IMG/VR virus record: IMGVR_UViG_3300021960_008509
Span: 1-52,689 of that record
DNA length: 52,689 bases
Direction: 5' to 3' (one strand)
Origin: a virus
Taxonomy: Duplodnaviria > Caudoviricetes
Positions within the stretch are counted from its first letter, which is position 1, and each line of letters opens with the position of its first letter. The notes under the pieces are model-generated. The model was not told the DNA's origin, did not search any database, and saw only the letters and a program-made list of their open reading frames with translations. The position numbers and the translations under genes are program-made. Positions 47,401-52,689 of the stretch are shown piece after piece.

Positions 47401-49938
47401 TTAGGTCGTTCGGTAGAAGATCAGGTGCAGCCCTACTCTCGTCCTAATCCTTTGTCAACCACACCGTCTGGACAGAACTTTGCTTTCTCGGGTTGCGAAT
47501 CTACCGTAGATCTAAGTTCAGGTTCGACCTCACGCGCAACCAATTTAACTACTAACGGTTCAGTTCGAAGAGTGGTCAGTTCAGACACAATTCGACAAAG
47601 AGTCGGTAATCGTGTAATTGATATGGCACTCGTCCCTTGGATTAGGTCTCGTAAGATTTTCTTCAAAGCGGAAGGGATGCGACCCAACACAACATACAAT
47701 GCTTTTTTTGATGGTATAAATGTAACCGCCTGGTGTAACGGTAATGATACTTTTACTCGATATGCTGCAACTACAGATGACGTAGGCAATCAATACGAAA
47801 ACCTCTCGGGGCATCCAAGTGTGAATGCTATCACTTCCAACTCGGAAGGTAAAATTGAAGGGTCCTTCATTATACCTAATCAAAGACCGGTAATGACTGG
47901 GGTGGCGAATCGCGCACTTCGAAGATCACAAGCAAGTTCTGGTTTACGTTTCCGTGCGGGTGTTCGAGAATTCAAACTTGTGGATAACACGAGTGGCGAT
48001 ATCACTAATGCTGGAAGTCATAGTCGCTCATACTACGCGGTAGTTGGAGCAATTAATAATGCTAGAAACCATGTGCTGTCTAATCGGTACCTTGAACCCT
48101 CTTGGTCGGTATTGAGTCCTATGTCTGGACCATCAGATCGAGGTCAACGTCCCGGTGGTGTACATGCGAAAAGTGTTGATCAAACACTCGATGCTCTTTC
48201 AAGCACAGACATCAAATTGCTTTCTCCGCATCTTTCAGGATCTTACGGTCCTGATACTTCAGGTTTAGAAGGAAGCATTGGTAATATTGATATCAGTCGC
48301 ATTCTCAAAGACTATGTTGATGTAGATATCAATTACTTTGGATCTGATGCAACCACGGTACGTGAAATTGGAGAAAGTTCGACACCATTTGCTCAGAGTT
48401 TTCGTGTTGATAATGCTCATGGAGTGGTACTTTCTAGTGTTGATTTGTTCTTTAAATCAAGACCAAGCACATCGATTCCAATTATTATGGAAATTCGACC
48501 GATGGAAAATGGCCGCCCATCCCTTTTAGAAAGTGTACCGGGATCAACAGTGGTTGTTGCACGTGCTTCAGTTGCAATTCCTAGTACCGAAACAATGACG
48601 GTTATTAAAGCAACCCCAACCGTATTCACTTTTGACGAACCAGTGTACCTTTCTCCTTGGCAAGAATATGCTATCTGTCTGAAGACGCAATCTTCGGACT
48701 ATGAAATATATATTTCTAAGACGGGTGAGTTTGAACTGGGTACTGATAAACAAGTAACAACTTCACCTTTGGTGGGTTCATTATTCTATGCTCGAAATAG
48801 TACGTCTACTGTACAAAATGAAGCAGATTTGATGTTCAAACTTAACCGATGTGTTTTCGACACGAACGGGAGTTTAGTTCTACGTAATTCGGTCGCACCT
48901 TCAAAACTTCTTCTTAACAATCCTATTCGTACTAACGGAACTAGCACGATTTATGTAACCCATCCTTGTCATGGTCTGCATGTTGGAGAGACTGCAACCA
49001 TATCGGGGGCAATTGATACTGGCGGCATCAGCGCAGCAAATATTAATGGAAGTCGAACAGTTACCGGAATAGATGGTAAAGGATATCAGGTGGTTGCAGG
49101 GGCGAGCGCAAGTTCTACGACGAAAGGAGGCGGCGCAAACGTACTGAGTGCAAGAAACATTCATTTCGAGGTTTTCAATCCTTACATTGAATCTGTTCTG
49201 CCTATTGGAACAACTACTGAAACCTTTGCTAGGTATACTCAAGGACGTTCATTATCAGATCCTCTCACTACTAAGTTTGTGAAGGATGTTAACTACACGA
49301 AAGTACAATCAAAACAAAATCTCGCGTTTAATGATTATCCTCGTATGATTGCAATGAGAAGCGAAGAGACTGATGCCAATGGCACTGCAACTAATAATGG
49401 TACTATTGCAGGATCTTCGACCTTCTCTTTGGATGTTAAAATTGATTTGAAGAGTATTAGTGATTATGTCAGTCCAATAGTTGATCTGCAAAGATGTTCT
49501 GCAATTCTTGTACAATCATGTGTTGATGACGATTCTATCACCCCTCCAATTTACAATGTGGCAGAAACGGAACCTGATGGAGGTTCTGCATTGGCTAAGC
49601 ATATTACTGCGCCTATTACGGTAAACGAAGATGCGGTTGGTCTTTCTATTAAGTTTGATACCCAATTGCCACTTCAAAGTAGTTTAGATACATACTATAG
49701 AGTTGCAACAGGTGGTGAGGACCTTTTGAGTAAAAATTGGGTGCAATATAATGCATTAACAGAAATACCTAAGAGTTCGAATCCTAATAACTTTGTTCCG
49801 GTTACGTTGTTACCAGGAGGAGTGGCAGGAAACCTTGCCGGATTTAATCAGGCACAAGTAAAATTTGTTATGAAATCACAGAACTCTGTTTCTGTCCCTG
49901 CTCTAAGAGACATAAGTATTAAGTTACTTGCTGTATGA
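44449..49938 (+). CDS. Large virion structural protein (VrlC/DUF4815-like)
   Basis: YFDD, RVLF..GRALQARELTQMQS, APGADR, RTKEESGNY, AYVNGY, PFAQSF, ADLMFKL. Confidence 0.82.
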   Translation: MANFTKNTFSQTYFDDWDKNNNYHRVLFNSGRALQARELTQMQSIINGEMQRLGNNIYKEGAAVSAGEITVNATYQFVKITTSIENVVVGEEIEQQSAPSGIKAIVLEKDSVNNILYVRYVSDGTATIGTESVRFSQGGTLLSPNAGSLTITNAGAGADVGSACKVTIGEGDFYTMGHFVHAREQSIILGPVPRNPANAVLGFKVNQSVTTVNSDSDGYGGAIGSQLYDNWGGTSNTSAPGADRYTIRLDIIEASAVTSDDTFLFICRIENGKLTEQVQEIDAYNKINDLLATRTKEESGNYLVAPFTAHYEDDNNADSDLTMVLSAGTAYVNGYRIDKQVPTKIRVPRPNATETINNGGIGIAHGQYVNVTMPTGLSSGQFPLISANSSTVLEVDLRSAAGYGGSTIGSATVTDITKVGGGVFKLHLTRIIMTGANKFSAVRSIGSSAAIVADVELTGSLCVLQGGANTSYLYPYPYARPALATATDISYTYTTTTASQATTAGGVFDSTSGAAANDLNATRSEIYVNPESWIVYQDGIGIVQGVTPVIAANGLSYIISGLTGSTNTSVCLKIKRSAPVRRTKQLLTKTAIAYTISAGGITFNETDIAQVSLVSQSGVDITSDFTLYNGQQDTFYEKGRLILNAGIAHTGSIDVTYTHYDHSDGDFFDFSSFSNIDYEDLPNHRMTSGEIRSLRDYIDFRPYYDGSSMSSTTDAAKPPANGTSVEFDAKFYLGRADKILITEDGEVKVLMGQQAREPQFKQTPNNSMELYKVVMNPYTINPDDLSMYPLEHKVYTMPDIAELDRRLSLLEELSTLTGIELATKLNTDLDSDGLERPESGYIVDPLDDQGVADTNLIDYCASLDPESKLVRPCFDEENLRLIYQPDDGAVFGGASYQNTSKNVTQSGDNVYLNYTTAEWQKQDRASTSVAINKTNEVDNIGKMILSPSSDEWKGTYWDTSPVLAGKRRLDNRSQTLWNNWEWGWLGRSVEDQVQPYSRPNPLSTTPSGQNFAFSGCESTVDLSSGSTSRATNLTTNGSVRRVVSSDTIRQRVGNRVIDMALVPWIRSRKIFFKAEGMRPNTTYNAFFDGINVTAWCNGNDTFTRYAATTDDVGNQYENLSGHPSVNAITSNSEGKIEGSFIIPNQRPVMTGVANRALRRSQASSGLRFRAGVREFKLVDNTSGDITNAGSHSRSYYAVVGAINNARNHVLSNRYLEPSWSVLSPMSGPSDRGQRPGGVHAKSVDQTLDALSSTDIKLLSPHLSGSYGPDTSGLEGSIGNIDISRILKDYVDVDINYFGSDATTVREIGESSTPFAQSFRVDNAHGVVLSSVDLFFKSRPSTSIPIIMEIRPMENGRPSLLESVPGSTVVVARASVAIPSTETMTVIKATPTVFTFDEPVYLSPWQEYAICLKTQSSDYEIYISKTGEFELGTDKQVTTSPLVGSLFYARNSTSTVQNEADLMFKLNRCVFDTNGSLVLRNSVAPSKLLLNNPIRTNGTSTIYVTHPCHGLHVGETATISGAIDTGGISAANINGSRTVTGIDGKGYQVVAGASASSTTKGGGANVLSARNIHFEVFNPYIESVLPIGTTTETFARYTQGRSLSDPLTTKFVKDVNYTKVQSKQNLAFNDYPRMIAMRSEETDANGTATNNGTIAGSSTFSLDVKIDLKSISDYVSPIVDLQRCSAILVQSCVDDDSITPPIYNVAETEPDGGSALAKHITAPITVNEDAVGLSIKFDTQLPLQSSLDTYYRVATGGEDLLSKNWVQYNALTEIPKSSNPNNFVPVTLLPGGVAGNLAGFNQAQVKFVMKSQNSVSVPALRDISIKLLAV

Positions 49939-50162
49939 TGATGAATAAATATACTGGAATAGAAGGGTGGTCCGAATTAGTAAGAGATAACGAAACTAAT
50001 GCAATTATCAATACTAATTCGGGCGCTATTCATGCAGCAAAGCAGAGGAAGAAACTCCGTAAGCTTGCCCGAGAACAGTTGGATAATCGACTCAACAAAT
50101 TAGAAACCGAAATGCAAGATATAAAAGGCCTCCTTGAAGTTATAGCAAATAAAATCATATAA
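49935..50162 (+). CDS. Small coiled-coil protein
   Basis: LVRD..TNAIIN...RLNKLETEMQDIKGLL, a type of ORF that often follows VrlC-like genes. Confidence 0.72.
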   Translation: MMMNKYTGIEGWSELVRDNETNAIINTNSGAIHAAKQRKKLRKLAREQLDNRLNKLETEMQDIKGLLEVIANKII

Positions 50163-50165
50163 ATA
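50158..50165 (+). promoter_or_regulatory. T4 late promoter TATAAATA
   Basis: Exact consensus upstream of ATG 50203. Confidence 0.7.
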
Positions 50166-50202
50166 GAGGTATTGTTGATTTTAGAGAAAGCGTAACTGCA
50201 CA

Positions 50203-52689
50203 ATGGTAGCCCCGTTAAAAATATTAGAGTCTGGATCTTTAAAGGAAATGGTCATTTCCGAAGAAGATTATCTCGCATATCGTGCAGGAATACATTTATC
50301 TACTACTACTGTATCCGATAAGGCCGCGTTAAATATTACTTCGGGGGCAACGGTTGGTACTTATACCGACACCTTCTTCTCTACGGTTACTGTTACTCCT
50401 ACTATTCATAATTTAGGAACAGTCACTGCTACCACAAGATTAGACAAACCCACTCTTTTTGATATTACATGGGGATCTGCACCTTCTGCTCCAACAAGTG
50501 TGGCAGTTGGGGACACTATTCGAATTACCGCAAAGCATGCTCTTACGCTTGGAGTAGGTCAAGATGCGGAAACTTTAGGTCTTTATCTCTCATGGACACG
50601 TAACACATCTTTGCTTAATGATGGCGGTTATGTCATCAGTAATAATATTTCGCCTACTCCTAATCCAGTAGATCCACCTCCAAGATTTGCGACATGGCAA
50701 GCTGCAGCAGCATCGACTGATTATACGGTTACTTGGGATTTGGTACTAACCGAACCCGGAGACTTTGATCTTGAAATTCTTGGAACCATGTCGGAAACCG
50801 ATGATGCACCTCCTGATTTTGCCAGTGCAACGCTGCAACTCCCTACCATAACAGTTGCCGCAGTCAACGAACAAGAAGAACAAGGTAGTACATCTACCAC
50901 GCTATATCAAAACAATAGTGCTATTGTCCCTCAGAGAGGGGAAGCAAACTGGAGAGGATTGACTTACTGGGACAAGGCAACTAAATCTGTTCGTGAAATG
51001 TCCAATACCGAACTTGATATTGTGGTAAAACGTTTAGTTAAAAAAATTATGCACGACGAACTTCCAGGAGTTTTTCGTTTATCAGATACGCAACCTAGTG
51101 GAGATTGGACAACTTTCATCTCTAATATATTTACTGATACTCGTTTAGACGGCACTTCTAATAACTATTCTATATGGATACGTTCTACTGGCATTGAACC
51201 GACAAAATATTCTCCGGCATCAGTCAAAAGATCAAATGGCAATACTGGAGCCTTTCAAGGTCTGCAAGCGGCTCCAGAAAGTACCTTAGAAACTACTTTA
51301 GGGCAACGTGCCAAAGAAGTTATCATGGCAACTGGAATCGGAACCTATCAACTTAGAAGTTCTGTTCAAGGTGCCCCCACTGATGCAGGTGTTTGGGTTC
51401 CTCGGGGTATTGCAGTAGATACTCGAAATGATGTAGGTATCAGTGTAAGTACGGCAGATTATGTTGGAACTTATACTGGGGATTTTGATACAATAATTCA
51501 AGAAGATTATACTGGTACTTTCGAGACTACCGTACTTGAACCGTATATTGGTACCTTTGAGACTGTTGTTCAAGAACCGTATATTGGTACTTTTGAGACG
51601 GAGGCACTTGAACCTTATACGGGTACCTTTGAGACTGTTGTTCAAGAACCGTATACTGGTACTTTCGAGACTACCGTACTTGAACCTTATACGGGTACCT
51701 TTGAGACTACCGTACTAGAACCGTATATTGGTACTTTTGAGACGGAGGTACTTGAACCTTATACGGGTACCTTTGAGACTGTTGTTCAAGAACCGTATAC
51801 TGGTGATTTTACACGTGTTGTCCAAGAAGATGAACCTTATACGGGTAATTTCGAGACAACGGTACAAGAAGACGAACCTTACATCGGTGATTTTGATACG
51901 ACAGTATTAGAACCTTATACTGGTGATTTTACACGTGTTGTCCAAGAAGATGAACCTTATACGGGTAATTTCGAGACAACGGTACAACAACCTTATACTG
52001 GTGACTTTACACGTATTGTACAAGAACCTTATACGGGTAACTTTACGACTACTGCTGTAGAACAATTTCCTTACACTGGTGATTTTACACGTCTTGACCA
52101 AGAACCTTATACGGGTAACTTTACGACTACTGCTGTAGAACAATTTCCTTACACTGGTGATTTTACACGTCTTGACCAAGAACCTTATACGGGTAACTTT
52201 ACGACAGCAGTACAAGAACCTTACACTGGTGATTTTACACGTCTTGCCCAAGAACCTTATACTGGTAACTTTACGACTACTGTTGTAGAACAATTTCCCT
52301 ATACGGGTAACTTTACGACAGCAGTACAAGAACCATATACTGGTAACTTTACGACTACTGCTGTAGAACAATTTCCCTATACTGGTGACTTTACCCGTCT
52401 TGCTCAACAACCTTATACGGGTAATTTCGAGACAACGGTACAACAACCTTATACTGGTGACTTTACCCGTCTTGCTCAACAACCTTATACTGGTGATTTT
52501 GATACGACAGCTGTAGAACAATTTCCCTATACTGGTAACTTTACGACAGCAGTACAAGAACCATATACTGGTAACTTTACGACCACAGTACAAGAAGACG
52601 AACCATATACTGGTAACTTTACGACAGCAGTACAAGAACCATATACAGGTAACTTTACGACCACAGTACAACAACCTTATACTGGTAAC
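50203..52689 (+). CDS. Large late, probably structural, repeat protein; 3'-truncated and missing from the ORF track
   Basis: Frame +1 is open from MVAPLKILESGSLKEM... to the window end (829 codons, no stop found by hand translation). Confidence 0.85.
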   Translation, partial: MVAPLKILESGSLKEMVISEEDYLAYRAGIHLSTTTVSDKAALNITSGATVGTYTDTFFSTVTVTPTIHNLGTVTATTRLDKPTLFDITWGSAPSAPTSVAVGDTIRITAKHALTLGVGQDAETLGLYLSWTRNTSLLNDGGYVISNNISPTPNPVDPPPRFATWQAAAASTDYTVTWDLVLTEPGDFDLEILGTMSETDDAPPDFASATLQLPTITVAAVNEQEEQGSTSTTLYQNNSAIVPQRGEANWRGLTYWDKATKSVREMSNTELDIVVKRLVKKIMHDELPGVFRLSDTQPSGDWTTFISNIFTDTRLDGTSNNYSIWIRSTGIEPTKYSPASVKRSNGNTGAFQGLQAAPESTLETTLGQRAKEVIMATGIGTYQLRSSVQGAPTDAGVWVPRGIAVDTRNDVGISVSTADYVGTYTGDFDTIIQEDYTGTFETTVLEPYIGTFETVVQEPYIGTFETEALEPYTGTFETVVQEPYTGTFETTVLEPYTGTFETTVLEPYIGTFETEVLEPYTGTFETVVQEPYTGDFTRVVQEDEPYTGNFETTVQEDEPYIGDFDTTVLEPYTGDFTRVVQEDEPYTGNFETTVQQPYTGDFTRIVQEPYTGNFTTTAVEQFPYTGDFTRLDQEPYTGNFTTTAVEQFPYTGDFTRLDQEPYTGNFTTAVQEPYTGDFTRLAQEPYTGNFTTTVVEQFPYTGNFTTAVQEPYTGNFTTTAVEQFPYTGDFTRLAQQPYTGNFETTVQQPYTGDFTRLAQQPYTGDFDTTAVEQFPYTGNFTTAVQEPYTGNFTTTVQEDEPYTGNFTTAVQEPYTGNFTTTVQQPYTGN
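51472..52689 (+). repeat. In-frame tandem repeat array of 36- and 42-nt units (about 32 units)
   Basis: Peptide consensus PY(T/I)G(T/D/N)F(ET/TR/TT)xxxx; exact 78-nt duplication at 52021-52098 / 52099-52176. Confidence 0.93.

Noticed and set aside
702-49515. Many short antisense ORFs in the ORF track
   Set aside because: They lie opposite well-supported genes and show no recognisable motifs
50964-52674. Minus-strand and alternate-frame ORFs in the track, such as the Cys-rich 51907..52674
   Set aside because: They are shadows of the repeat array in the long + frame ORF starting at 50203
51472-52689. CRISPR array or DGR template/variable repeats
   Set aside because: Units are multiples of 3 nt, degenerate at synonymous positions, in frame in one ORF and have no unique spacers; no cas or reverse transcriptase gene is present
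1-52689. tRNA, rRNA, integrase, transposase or alternative genetic code
   Set aside because: Intergenic gaps are too short or are filled by small ORFs, I saw no cloverleaf or recombinase motifs, and core genes read full-length in the standard code

Overview
A 52.7 kb, gene-dense fragment of a T4-like myophage genome, probably aquatic or marine. The host is probably a proteobacterium, which is my inference from nrdJ, thyX, sqdB and hemO/pcyX. Bases 1-27.9 kb (+ strand) carry the C-terminus of a class II ribonucleotide reductase, a carbamoyltransferase, an EndoII-like nuclease, a P-loop kinase, phoH and a T4-type lysozyme. They also carry a ~10.4 kb block of glycan-building and glycan-decorating enzymes (about 9 glycosyltransferase-like genes, UDP-glucuronate epimerase, UDP-sulfoquinovose synthase SqdB, a sulfotransferase and a sugar O-methyltransferase). 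After that come a heme oxygenase / bilin reductase / YbaN cassette, thyX, a 2OG-Fe(II) oxygenase, a DenV-like glycosylase, ugd, gp33 and gp32. Bases 27.9-32 kb (- strand) carry gp4, gp2, gp54-like, gp26, gp51 and a tape-measure/gp29-like gene. Bases 32-52.7 kb (+ strand) are baseplate and tail genes: gp48, gp53, hub, a split gp5 with an inserted amidase, gp25, gp6, gp8, a GT25 paralogue, a 1829-aa VrlC/DUF4815-like protein, and an unannotated ORF of at least 829 codons ending in a YTGxF tandem-repeat array. The most notable signals are (1) a probable phage-encoded sulfoquinovose/uronic-acid glycosylation system linked to the virion module by a duplicated GT25, (2) a candidate -1 ribosomal frameshift fusing gp26 to a start-less gp51, like lambda G/GT, (3) a divergent hemO-pcyX-ybaN cassette, and (4) the Thr/Glu-rich repeat protein. 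All family calls come from motif recognition by eye; no searches were run.
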